A DNA stretch of 64,000 nt from Vitrella brassicaformis CCMP3155 (taxonomy: Eukaryota > Protista > Chromerida). A model generated the notes under the pieces. That model saw only the letters and a list, made by a program, of their open reading frames with translations. It did no database searches and was not told the DNA's origin. The stretch is from contig CDMY01000391.1 of the NCBI GenBank assembly GCA_001179505.1, forward strand, positions 1 to 64,000. Reading direction: 5' to 3'. The position numbers were made by a program, and so were the translations under genes. Positions 36,541 through 49,278 of this stretch are shown here, one piece after another (positions within the stretch are counted from its first letter, which is position 1; each line of letters starts with the position of its first letter).

Positions 36541-39260
36541 GCCCTCCTTGAACGGCTGGCAGCTATATCGGCCATAGTTGTCCCTTTTGACCGGCGCGCC
36601 ATGGCAGTATTTATCCTTTGCCTTCTCCTTGTGCATGCACTTCCCCGACCGTCTCCCCTCCTCTGGCGTGCGCGTGCCCACCACACACACCAGTCCGCCG
36701 CCGCAGTTCTGACTCACCGACCCACCGTGGGTGAAATAGAAGCAGGTGCCTGCTCGCACAGCACACACGCATGCAGACAGACAGACACATGTGTACACGC
36801 CCGCATGGATGTGGCCTCTGTGTGTGTTTGCAGTGCACTCACCTCCATCGTAGCTTTCGAGTTCAACTTCGGCGCGGGAGCGTTTCTCGTTTTTCTCACG
36901 AGCATTCTTAGCATCGATATCGGCCTGGAAGCCCTCCTGCACAGACGTAAACAAACATATCAACACAAACATAACATGGCAGCCAGCCAGCCACACATTA
37001 CCCACGAACCTTGGTCTTGCATTGGTCTCCTTTGATGCTGCAGATGCACGCCTTCTTGGACGGGCCGCATGGCAGGTTGGCCGTCTCGGATCCTGTGCAG
37101 TATGCGGGCTTGGAGTCATACAAAGAGGGCTGGGGGAATCCGAGCAGTGGTCTCGAGGGCTTGGTGTAGGCGGCGAACTTCTTGGCGAATTCCTTGGTGT
37201 ACTCGGCGCACTTGTCACTAGCTGCACACAGTCAACACACGCGTACGAATGAGAACAGAGGGAAGGACCATTTCGCGTGCAGGTGCATCGGTGTGTTTGT
37301 GTGTATAAAGCACTACGCGTGCGTACGTGTGAACTCGAGGGTTTCATGGGTGATGTCCTTGGCGGCGCAGAACTTGAACCAATCCGGCCCGGAGCGGTCG
37401 ACCCGCTCGCAGACGGGCCCCCTTGTCTTGCGGGAGGCGACGTAGTCCACCCAGACGTACTCGCACTCTGTGTGCTGAAAATTGTAGTACTGGGCAACCG
37501 CGAACGGCTGGCGCTCCTTCTTTGGGTCGTAGTCGTCCCTCTTGCGGCAAAGCTTCTCGACGTCGGCCGCATTGATACACACGCCTACATCGGTGTCCCC
37601 GTCGAAGCCGTGGTACTCGTTGGTTATCAGGCAGACCAGGCCGTCCGGACACGTGTGCTTGTAGTGGCGGCGGTCCAGACCCTCATCTGTCGTCACCGTC
37701 AGCTCACATTTGCCTGTATACACACACACACACACACACACAAGGATACGTACACCCACACACACATGTACGCTGCTCTGCGTTAGTTACGGACCGTGAT
37801 GTTTGCCGGCAGGCGTGGAAGCGAGATGCTCAGACGGGACAGGGCAAACTGCATTCAGACAAGGCGAGACACAGGAAATGCCAACTGGATGGATGGATGG
37901 ATGGATGGATATGCCTTCGTCGAGTACCCGAGGGTTTGTATGGTCCTTTGCCGTCGCAGTAGTTAAAACGATCCGCCGCGCAGACATACTCGTCACCGGG
38001 ATAGGGTTCGCTGCGGCCCCAGAGAGGGCGCACTGGCAAGCCTCTGGGGGGAAGGCAGTCTGTCTTGTTACAATGGGACTCCCGCTCGACAAACGGCACG
38101 CACTCGCCCTCAACGGCCCAGTTGACTTAGTCCTGCAGCTTCGGATCAGCATCAGCACCCTCGTGAGACCTCTTGCAGGTGAGTACGCAGATCTGGCCCT
38201 CTGGCGTTAGGAACGAGGGATGGACAGAGAAAGAGAGAGAGAAAGGGAGGGGAAGAGGAAGAGAGAGAGACATGTGCAGACGGCATAGCCAAGACTCACC
38301 TGGGCAATGCTCCTGGTGGTTACGGTGCTCTCCGCTTCGCTCCGCGAACCAGCATCTGCCTGCACACACGCGGGATATCACATTTGGGCAAGCAAAGATC
38401 CACGTTTCATGCGATTCATTCATGTGTTGTTTGCGTGCTAACGTCCGGGTGCGGTGGATTTGATGCTGCGCCCCTCGAGAAGGGTATAACGACGATCCGA
38501 CCTGTCGATTCATTCGCAGGTGCACATGTGCATGCACAAGCGAGTCGGCCACTTACACGCAAACGTCGTCTTTGCACTCCAGACCCCATTTGCACGGCTT
38601 GCTCTTGGGCTTCTTGGGCTCGCAATCAGGGGAAACACATGAAAAGACCGACGAACGCTTGTCCCCGCTGTCCCCGCAGTAGTCCTTACGATCGCCCTTC
38701 GTCTGCAAAGGCAAAGGACACCACACACAGCAAGGCCGATGAGTTGCATCCGAACCAACAGAACCAACAGCATAGGTGACCCTTGCCTGGCAGCGACGTG
38801 CATACAGCGGGTTGTTCTTGTCCTCCTTGTATGTTTCTGTTTTCCTGTGTCGGTCGACGTGCTCGAAGCAGAACCCCTCTTTGCCCGTCGTTGCGCAGTC
38901 CTTGTCTTTCTGGCATTCATCTGCAGGGAGGAGAAGAGCCATACAGAGAGAGTGATATTCCCATACATCCACCACCCACTGGCCTTGGGGATGCTTTTTC
39001 TCGTAGTCGGAATGGCTGGTCTTGACAGCTGTTGCGTAAGTGCCTGTCACATTCATCCATTCGGCAAGACAACACAAGACGCATGACAATGCGAACTCGA
39101 TGGATGGATGGATGGATAAGTGTGGATGCCTCCCTGCCTGCATACCGGTAAGGACATTCAGCTGCGTCTGGAGGTTATCGAGGGTTGTGTTGGCTGCGAC
39201 CATCAAATCGTTGGCGGCGCTGGTGACTTTACTGGCCTCGGTGCGGAGATCTGGTGCCAT
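36541..39260 (-). pseudogene. Cys-rich secreted protein gene, arm-2 copy lacking the signal-peptide exons and carrying a premature stop
   Basis: Near-identical to 7783-10530. A 631-bp 5' deletion; TAA at 38127-38129 where arm 1 has TAT. Confidence 0.7.
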
Positions 39261-39566
39261 TGGGTCAGATGTGGTGGCGCTGATGGACCGCCCCCTCAAC
39301 CGACCGTTTCCCGGGGCGAGGGCCCCACGGCGACCTGCCACACTGTGCTGCTGACGCCATTGAACCACCACTTCATTGCCGGCGTCAATCTCAGCGAGGA
39401 AGGAGTGTCGTCGACAGGTAGGTAGCTGCACATAGACAGACTGCACAGGGAATGCATGCCCGGGTGAAGAAACCCATTCGAAGGAGGGAGGGGTACACAC
39501 TAAGTCTCTCTCTCTTGTTGTGTGTGCGCGCCAGGTGCGGTGCGACCCAAGGAGAGAGCGGAGAGC

Positions 39567-39604
<38 letters not shown>

Positions 39605-40674
39605 TAGACAGACAGACAGACATGCATACAGACAGACAGACAGACAGATCAATCCATGAGGATGTATGGTCCGATCCGTGAGCAGCCAAAGGGGGGAGAC
39701 GCAATTGTACAGAGCGATGAATGTAATGTGCACATGCATTCAGTTCTTCATGGCAAGCACAGCGATAATCAGTGAGGTCCGCACGCACCACCGTCCGAAA
39801 AGCAAGAACAATCGGTCCTGTACAATGCACTGGACCACCCTCGCTGCCGAAAATTGCTGGAAACTGCGAGCTCTCAACTCCACCAAGGAAAAGTGAAATT
39901 GCGCCACCGGCTGGTGCGCTGACGTATCTATCGCATCACATGCACTGCACTAGCGCTATCAAAATTAACTGTCACATTCATGTGGAGTCAATCACATAGC
40001 TTCATCCACTTGGTCGACTGTCAGCAGCTCCAGCTGTCCCCTGTGTCTCATCGACTTCTCCTCTGCACAGACACACTGGTGGCAGCCCATGCGTTTCAAT
40101 GACGGTCACGACACACTGCAAGCGACAAGGCTGTATAAGTAAAGCACACCCATGGTCGATACTCACACCCCACCAGCCCTCAAGACACCATCGATGAGAC
40201 ACAGCATCACCCCAAAGGCAGCCAACTACCCAGCCAGGCAGGCAGCCAAGGACGTCAGAAATGGACATGTGGATGGAGAGAGGGGGCGAGTCAGACACAC
40301 GCGACCTACAGATCAACTACCTCACACACACGTGTGCATCAATCAGTCGATCAGAGACACCATACGTCACACGCAGCCAGCAGGAGGGAGGGCTATCGAC
40401 ACAGATAGATAGATAGATACAAGGCGCGACAGTGGGGGAAAGAGATGCACACCGGCAGGCCGGCAGCCGGGGAGTCGCGGAGTCCGTGGGCCATCGGCCT
40501 CTCATCTACTCTACGCACAGCTATGCGATGCGTCGAGGCGACCGGACAGCTTGCTACTGCAGCCGGTCAGGCAGGATACACACACACACACAAAGAGAGA
40601 AAAGACTGGTTCAGTCAGGGTCAATTCAATGACAGACACCACGGGCTGTGAGGGGTGTCGGCGTATCTGTAGGT

Positions 40675-42663
40675 TTAATGACGATTGGTGTGTGTCGCGT
40701 CAACGCTGCCATTCTCCTCCTCGGCTGATGCATCCTCACCTGTCATCAAGACACACACAATCACACACACACACACACACACACACGTGTGATACGGATC
40801 GAGACAAGGGTATCTGTGGTGTTCTGTGTGTGCCTTCTTTCCTTCCCTCCTGTGTACCTCCGCTGCCGTGTTCGCTGTCGACATCCATCTCGTCACTCTC
40901 ATTGCCACCATCACCGTCTGCACCACACACATAGAGAAGGCCCATTATCGATCCATTCACGCGAGTGTGTGCCCCTCCTTGCATCCCTCCCTGTCTCCCT
41001 GGCTCCCTCATCCCTCTGTCTGTCCGTCCACTCACCGCTATCGTCACCATCGTTATCGCCGTCACCCTCGTCGCTATCCTCTTCTGCCGATGTGGATTGA
41101 CATTGAGGCATGTGTGTATACTGACTGTGTGTGCTTTCCTTCCTTCCTTCGTGCGTACCTCCGCTGCCGTCTCCATCGCTGTCGTCATCCATATCATCCC
41201 AACCGCCGCCATGACCGTCGGAATCTACACCACACACAAAGACAGAGAGAGAAGAAATGCCATTCATCCATCCACACCATGGCCACCATATTTGTGTCCC
41301 TCCCCTGCCCGCACCGTTGTCATCGTCGCTGTCATCGTCTACTTGGCCGTCGAAGACGTATGGCGCCACTCGTCCCAGCGCCACACGGGCCAGCTGAGTG
41401 GTGACAGGGAAGCGGTCCTTGAAGGAACCGCTCACACACGGCACAGGTGCCTCGGTGGTCCAAACGTCAACAAACACTGCAGACAATCAGACAGAAAACA
41501 CTGATGGCATTTGATCACCACCTGAGCTGTCTGTCTGTCAGCCTGACCGTAGTCGTATCCCACATCCGAAATGGCAATCCACGCGACGAAGTTGTGGCTG
41601 CTGTCGGTGAGCACCAACCGTCGCACACGCTCGTCCCGGCTGAGTGTGGTGGTGCATCCGGCCACCGGTGTGTGGGGCGACTGGGTCAGGAGGCCATCCA
41701 GGCGGCCGCCACCAACACGCCTGAACCAATCACACACGCCCCTCTTGCCACTGATGCCATTTGTGTGGTACCTGTTGAGATATATGAATGTGCGATTGGT
41801 ATGGTGAGTGTGGTGGAGGTGATCGAGGATCACACGCTTGGCAAATGACGACACCGACGAATCGGTGGACGAGTTACCGTACGACACCCATCTGCCGGTG
41901 TGGCCTCGTAGTCGATGCGGCTCCGCACTGGTGGGTCATGCTGTAGTCGGTGCCGCTGATACAGATGGCCGGCAGGGAGGGGAGGGTCGACGGTCAGCCG
42001 AAAACTAGGAAGGTCCCTGATGGCCCGCACCTCATCGTTGGCACGGCGGAAGATCTGCAGGCGGCTGCCGTCACCGAAGTCGATGTGGCGGCCGACCACC
42101 ATCAGCTGCGCCAACACACGAGCTACCAACAGATACGCCTACACCACACAGACAGACAGACAGACAGACAGACAGGCAGAGAGGAATGAGGTCTCTCCGC
42201 TCTCCCCCGCCCCTGTGTGTGTGTGCCTTACCGTCTTGCTGGCGTGTGTGCGAATGTCATCTGCCGTGAGGTTGACGGGCAGCGTGCAGCAGCCGCACTG
42301 GCTGGCCAGCTGCAGCACCTCAGCGACCTCGTCCCACCTCTGCTCTTCCATCATCCAGATGGCCGCCAGCAGCAGCTGCGCCCCGACCACCGACTGAGTG
42401 TCGAAGGCCAGCAGGGTGTCCAGTCGGGTGCCGTCAGCGAGGCGAATGCGATCCAGTGAGCGGTTGAGGCGATGGCGGAGGACCTCGGCAGGGAAGTCGA
42501 CCTTGCTGAAGAACAGGGCCGACTTTCTGATGTTGCCGAGGTCCTTGACGTTGTGCAGCTCATCGCGCTCGTCCCGATAGACGACGTCCAGGACCTGGCC
42601 GTTGATGGCGGGCGATGCCTCGTCGGTGCTCTTGATCTCGACCTTGCTCTTGACCGCACCCAT
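40675..42663 (-). pseudogene. Family member D (distinct MGAVKS N-terminus), frameshifted
   Basis: Family exons present. The frame changes near 41900 (DYEAT... versus GRWVSYGNSSTDSSVSSFAK), consistent with a 1-nt deletion. Confidence 0.7.
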
Positions 42664-44507
42664 CGCTTGTCGCAAAGGCTACTTTCTACGCCATCTCGTC
42701 ATTGAAGCTCGCAATGAATCACGATCGAATTCATTGCTAGGGAGAGGAGAGAAGTGCAAATGGATGCGAGTGCAATGAGGTGTGTGGGGAAGCCAATCGT
42801 TGTTTGGCTTGAAGAAGGAGTGATTGAGTTTTGAGTGAGTGAGTGTGTACTCATTTGTGTGCATCGATGTCGACTATTCACCACACGGACATATGAGCAA
42901 TATAATGCAATACAATGCAATGCTCACACACACACGTCTGTCAGTCCATCCATCAACACAGACAGGCAGACAGGCCAATACACACACATGGACTACACAC
43001 AGAGAGGAGAGAGCGCGACCGATATCAGCCATTCATCCAAAGAGAGAGGGAGGGGGAAAGCCAACGGTCGTCAGCCATTCCACCGACATGCGTGGCCCCC
43101 CTGTGACTGAGTGAGTGAATGAGTGCGTCCCGCGCCACACTCATCCATGGCCACGCAGGCAGGCAACACACACACTCATACACAGATAAAGAGAGAGGCC
43201 ATTCGATGTGTACACATGTCAGTAACTATGTCACCATATGTATACGGACGTACATATGTGTGTGTACATATTTATGTATAGGTGTGTACAGAGATCGAGG
43301 GATACAGAGAGGGGGGAGAGAGGGGAGGCAGCCGACGTAAGGCAATTAGGCAGCACAGGTGGACCAACGATCGCGACACATGCGCCACATGTCGCGTACC
43401 GCCGTCCCACCACCATGCACCACCACCACCACCACCACGAGTAAGTCAGGAGGGCTGGGGCGGATCACTCCAGTGTGTATGGCTGCGTATACATGACCGA
43501 GTGCCATGCAGCAGCCGCACACGAGATGAACTCAGGAAGCCGCCCACAGCCCCAGGGAACCAACAAGGAGGCAAAGACAACTGACTGCATCGGAGCAGCC
43601 TGTCTGTCTGTTTGTCTGTCTGTCTGTGCGTCTGTCTGGTCCAGTGTTGTGAATGGATGGACCACGACTGTGAAGCACACGCTGCCACGTATGTGTGATG
43701 CGTGTGTGTGGAGCAAACAATGCGCCGCAGATGGATCAATGGATGGATGGATGGATGGACACACCATACAAGAGTGTGTGGTGCGTCGACCGGTCTGTCT
43801 GTCTGTCTGTCTGGGTTCAGGCAGACAGACAGACATGTGTGTACCCATTCAGAGAGAGAGGAGATGTCAATCATCAGCCCAACAAAAGCACCGGCCGCCC
43901 AGCCATGCAGACGGAGAGGAGTGAGGGGCAAAACAGATAGACACGGCAGCGCAGCCAAGGAGTGTGTGTGTGTGTGTGTGTATTGATTTCTGTCCACCGA
44001 CACGTGCGCATCAGTCAGTCCATCCACAGACACACACACACACACAGACACAGCCAGGCAGTCAATACCGCTCACACAGACACAGCCAGGCAGTCATTTT
44101 CCATGTGGTTCACCCAGGCAGGTAGTCAGGCCGGCAGCCAGGCACACACATTGCGGCCGAGCCGTGAGGTCAAAACCGGCCAGCAGTGAAGGGCAACACA
44201 CCAACCACAGCCAGGCAGGAAGCCACCCAGATAGGTACATATCAACAGAGAGGGCGAGAGAGGGAGGGATATGCAGAGAGGCTGGACGGCGCAACGCAGA
44301 CAGGTCGCCCACCCACAGCCATTGGGCCAGTCATGTGTCAGCAGCTGGTCTCTCTACAGAGTGGGCGGTATACGATCTCTCTCTATCACAGACAGCCATA
44401 AGTCGATTCGGGCAGCCAGCAGCCACTGACAGCACTGCAAACACTCTGCTCCAGCGCACTGTGGTGTGCGCGAGTACCTGTGGTGGTCCCGTATTGAGTT
44501 GGGTTGA

Positions 44508-46299
44508 TCAGTCGCCGCTCTCCTCCTCAGCTGAGGCATTGTCACCCGTCATGCAGACACACAGAGACCTGGATGTGATGCGGGTCGATGTGAGTCTATC
44601 TGTCGTCCGCTGTGTGCCTCTCCCCCTCGTGTGTACCTCCGCCGCCCTCTCCGTCGCTGTCGTCGTCCATATCATCTCAACCGCCGCCATGGCCGTCGGA
44701 ACCTACACCACACACACACACAGACAGAGAAGAAATGCCATCCATCCATCCACACTATGGCCACCATATGTGTGTCCCTCCCTCCCTCCCTCCCTCCCTC
44801 CCCCCCCTGTCCGCACTGTCATCATCGTCGCTGTCATCGTCCACTTGGCCGTTGAAGACGTATGGCGCCACATCTGACCCCAGCGCCACACGGGCCAGCT
44901 GAGTGGTCACCGGGAAGCGGTCCTTAAAGGCACCACTTACACACACAGGCGCCTCGGTCGTCACAATCCAAACCCTCACTGCAGACAACCAGACAGAAAT
45001 CACATGAAATTTGACCAGCGGAGCTGCCTGTCTGTCAGCCTGACCATTGTCGTTTCCATTATCCAGAATGAAAATCCATGCGACGAATGTGTGGCTTTCG
45101 TCGGTGATCACCAGGCATCGCACACGACCGTCCCGGCTGCTGAGTGTGGTGGTGCATCCGGCCACCGGTGAGTGGGGCGACTGGGTCAGGAGGCCATCAG
45201 ACGGCCGCCACCAACACGCCTGAACCAACCACACACATACACACACACAATCACACACGCACCCCTCTCACCCACTGGTGCCATTGATGTGTTACCTGTT
45301 GAGGAGTATTCCTGTGCGATTGATCTGGTGAGTCTTGAGGAAGTGGTTCATTACCATGCCCTTAGCGAAGGACCACACCGAGGAATCGGTGCACGGGAGA
45401 CCGTCCGACTCCCATGTGCCGATGGCGCCCAAGTAGTTGATGCGGCTCTCCACTGGGGGGTCATGCTCCAGTCGGTGCTGCTGATACAGATGGTGGGCAG
45501 CGAGGGGCGGGTCGACGGTCAGCCGGAAGCCGGGCTCGTCCTTGATGGCCCGCACCTCACCATTGGCACGGCGGAAGATCTGCAGGCAGCTGCGGTCACC
45601 GAAGTCGACGTGGCGGCCGGCCACCATGAGCTGCGCCAACACACGAGCTACCGACAGATACGCCTACACCATACAGACAGACAGAGAGGGAATGCACGAG
45701 GCCTCTCCGGTCTCTCCCACCCCTCTGTGTGTGTGTGCATGTCTTACCGTCTTGCTGGCGTGTGTGCGAATGTCATCTGCCATGAGGATGACAGGCAGTG
45801 TGCAGTAGCGGTACTGGCTGGCCCACTGCAGCACCTCCCTCGTCTCATCCCACCGCCCGCCCTCCTCGGCGATCCACACCGCCGCCATGAGCTCACCCAT
45901 CCCCAGCGATGGGTCGAACTGCACCAGCTGCAGCTGCTGAGTGTTGATGCCATCTCCGTCACGGCTCAGCGAGTGGTCGAGGCGGTTGCGCAGCTGGGCA
46001 GATGAGAAGGCTTTTCTGAAGCATGGTGCGGTGGCCCTCAGCTGAAGTGTGGTGCTGATGTCGGGGATGCAGCATCGGTCGTCGACGAAGAAATGGGCAA
46101 GGGGATGGTCCTTGTTGCTATCCTGCAGACGGCACACACACACGTCAAGGCACATCTGGCGCATTTCGGTCGGCTGTGTCACGCCCACCTGCTGCTGCTG
46201 CTGCTGCTGAGGGTGGTTGTGGACCGCGGGTTGCTCGGATGAGGGTCGTCGCCAACACCATGACCACACACGGCAGCAGATGTGCCACATGAGCACCAT
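44508..46299 (-). pseudogene. Family member E, frameshifted
   Basis: Family exons present (LQLRATAPCFR; VLAQLMVAGRH; FKDRFPVTTQLARVALG). ggccgtctgATggcc lacks one G versus the paralogues (about 45198), giving a downstream TGA. Start uncertain. Confidence 0.7.
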
Positions 46300-46379
46300 C
46301 CACCACACAGACACCTACATAATGGGAACCATCGCAACACTCACTCTTCAAGTCAGTTGTGTCACACCCACCTGCTGGT

Positions 46380-47460
46380 GCGGGTAGCTGTGCGTCGATG
46401 CGACGCTGTGGCGATCGGGCGAGGCGAACAACTCATCCACTGCATCCGTCACTAACTGGACGAAGGACACAAACGACACACAATGAAACCACCGCGTTGG
46501 TCATTCTGCTATTCTTATGACATGGTCACCCCTTTGGTGGTCTGTGTGTCGCGCCACAGCAGCCGCAGCATCCTCAGGGTCGCTATGCCAGACTCCAACG
46601 CCGCCTCGCTAAACGAACTCTCAGCCACAAGGGCCGCACTCTGACGGACATTGACCCCCCCAGGCCATCACACACATCGTCGCACATCATGACACGTGGT
46701 GCTCCTTCGGCTGACCCAAATGCGGCCCGCTATCTGGTCCTGGTTGGCCTTGCGTGTGATGTAGACGGCCGTGGCGGCCAGCAGGCGGACATCGCACCCG
46801 GCCAAATCGACGTCACACATCGAGAGAAACTGTGGACAAACACACAAAAGGGCAAGGACAGACATGGATAAGCCATTCGATGGCTGGAGGTGTCTGTGTG
46901 TGGCTAACGGACCGGCTTACCATGAGGTATTTGGCGACTGAGAACAGGCGGCCGTGGGTGTCCATGCCGGCGGCAGTGAAGAGCCTCTCCAGACACTCCA
47001 GCCCGCAGTCAGATCTATCGGCCATCGCTCGGCCCACCAGCTGCACACACAGACAGCCGAACAAATGTCCGGTGTGCCTGTCTGTGTGTGTGACGTCAAA
47101 GCACCCGGGTGTATGTCGGCTGAATGGGCACATCAGCGACACTGACCAGCCGCACCGCCCGCATGACCGTCGTGTCGCCGCAGCCAATCCGTGACGCCCT
47201 CCCAACTAACTGGTTCACCCAGACGGCTGCACCACCAGACACACACACACACAGGAACACATCAGAAATGGATTTGTGAATCGTTCGTGTGTCGTCCGGG
47301 TGGGCGGACCTCTCCGCTGCGGCCACTTCATCTGCCGTCCTACCAGACAAACACACAGCATCACACCGACGTGCAGATCTGTCATTCCCGCCATCAGGTC
47401 GTCCCATTGGCCTCACCTTAAACACATTAGTCAACCAACCAACGATGCCCTCCGACATCG
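46380..47460 (-). CDS. Divergent cyclin-like protein (cyclin C-terminal fold)
   Basis: Spliced LECLERLFTAAG...FSVAKYLM|FLSMCDVDLAGCDVRLLAATAVYITRK...IW|SAALVAESSFSEAAL...AVDELFASPDRHSVA resembles the cyclin A/B pattern FLRR.SK...LAKYL.EL...D......S.IAA.A.YL...W...L...T.YSE..L. The N-terminal cyclin box is poorly conserved. Confidence 0.45.
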
Positions 47461-47694
47461 CCCCAGGCGTCTCACCGATGGATCCCAGCCATCAGGGCGC
47501 CTCGTGAAGGCCTCTGCTGTCCTCAAAAGAGGCCGGGGAGGCCCGGAACAGGCCACAGATCAATCCACACAAGGCTCGCCGAATCGAAGCCACGCAAACT
47601 GTCCTCAATCGCCGTGTGCAGATGCCGCTCTGCACACGCCGAATCGCCCGGTCCTACATCCGAACGATCTTCGCCCGAAAACGATAAACTTCAG

Positions 47695-48190
47695 GGTTCG
47701 AAGGGTCAAAGGGTTTCATACCCTACAGCCTCCCGGACAGTCTGTGCGTTGCGAGCGTGACGCACTCGGCCGAGAATGGGTCACTCGAGTCATCCTCTCG
47801 CTTGCTGCGGTGAGATGGTGGCCCATTGAGCTTACAGACATCGGAGGTGAGGGAGGCCGACCACTCACTGACAGTTCACTGACTCACTGATGCACTCACT
47901 GATCCATTGGCCTCAATGCGGTCGCCGTCCTTTTCTGTTGGCATCTCTCCCTGTGTGTCTGTCGGCCCATCGCTGCAGGTTTGTCGTTGAGGAGTGACGG
48001 CGGCCTCCTCATCTGCCGCTGCTGGTGCTGGTGCTGCTAGTGGTGCATTCAGTTCTCTGCATGCTCATCTGTCCATCTGTTCATCGAACGAGGTGAGCAG
48101 CACACAGATCAATGAGCAGCATGCTTGATGCACACGATCCTCTGTCGGCTCTGTCGCTCTGTGCAGGCTGTCGTCGAGCACATCATAGCC
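47695..48190 (+). repeat. Upstream family module, second copy
   Basis: Direct, diverged repeat of 18075-18610. Confidence 0.8.
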
Positions 48191-48335
48191 CAGATGCACC
48201 GCTTGTTGTCCCTTGGCGATCCACGAGACGCGTGTGCTTCGAATTGGCAGCGCGGCTCGGGGCATCGCGTCTGGTGGTGCTGCGAGATTCGGCCTACCGA
48301 AGATCTTGTGTGTCTTGGTTGGTCTTGTGTGGTTG

Positions 48336-49278
48336 ATGGGGAGTGCTGAGAGCACGTCGGCGGAGGAGGAGCAGGTGGAGATGGAACTCAAAGACATGGA
48401 ACAGGGTACGCAGGCAGGCAGGCCTGTGCTGTGGCAGGCTCGGTCTCACGTTACGCTGCCTTTTCTCGTTTCTTTCTTTCTTGCGTCACGTCAGGTGTGT
48501 TGCAGGACGACAATTTTCCGTGGTTCCACATCGTGCAGTGGTGCAGCGAGGACGTGTCGTCGGACACCGTGTTCCGCTGGTCGCTGGACGAGGTCCGCGA
48601 AAGAGTGCTGCGGCTGACCGACAGCGTCGAGTCGTTCCTGGAGCAGTGCCCTCCGGCTGACATACCCGAGTTCACACTCGATGACTCCACCACATTCGTA
48701 GAATGGTCAGTCAGCGAGACAGACAGACAGACAGACAGAACAGCAGGGAGAGACAGCGCACGTGTGAGTGTCTGTGTGAGTGTAGGGCGGGTGCCTTGTT
48801 GGACCAGCTGCCGTCGCTCAAGGAGGTGCGGTACCGTCTGGTGCCGTCGAGGATCAAGGAGGAACGGTTCTGGAAACGCTACTTCGGAGCCATCAAGAAC
48901 ATTCTCACACAAGAGGTACGTACGTACGCCTGTCTGTCGGTCTGTCTGTCAGCCAGAAAGGCAGAGAGATAGAGAGGGAGTCAGAGAGATGGAGAGGGAG
49001 ATACATACATGCATGGCCACAGTGGCCAGCACCGTCCCTGTCTGTGGGTGTCGTGTTGGTCCATTGTGTCCATTACTCAGTTGCTGGCCACGCCCACAGC
49101 TGAGAAGACCCGAGCGTTCTCCATCAAGGCCTCCGTGCAGAACGGCCTCCCGCCACGTCCTTCATCCATCGCACCCGACGCAGCACAGTCGCACACGCAC
49201 TTGATGAACGGCACCACCCAGCCCAATGGCGTCCCACAGACCGACGCCCTCTTGCCCCCTACCATCCCCAGCCCATGA
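48336..49278 (+). CDS. BSD-domain protein with predicted N-myristoylation motif
   Basis: MGSAES start; exon 3 LLDQLPSLKEVRYRLVPSRIKEERFWKRYF is the BSD signature. Four exons in phase. Confidence 0.8.

Larger units (their letters stand above)
33610..46300 (-). repeat. Inverted segmental duplication, arm 2 (interrupted by a partial OGFOD2 copy and a gap)
   Basis: Reverse complement of arm 1 (see arm 1 entry). The collinear match is clear to about 44.7 kb; beyond that it is family-gene paralogy. Confidence 0.85.

Noticed and set aside
1375-46300. Inverted arms as terminal inverted repeats of a giant transposon
   Set aside because: No transposase, integrase or reverse transcriptase, no sharp termini or target-site duplication, and the arms are mosaics of host genes.
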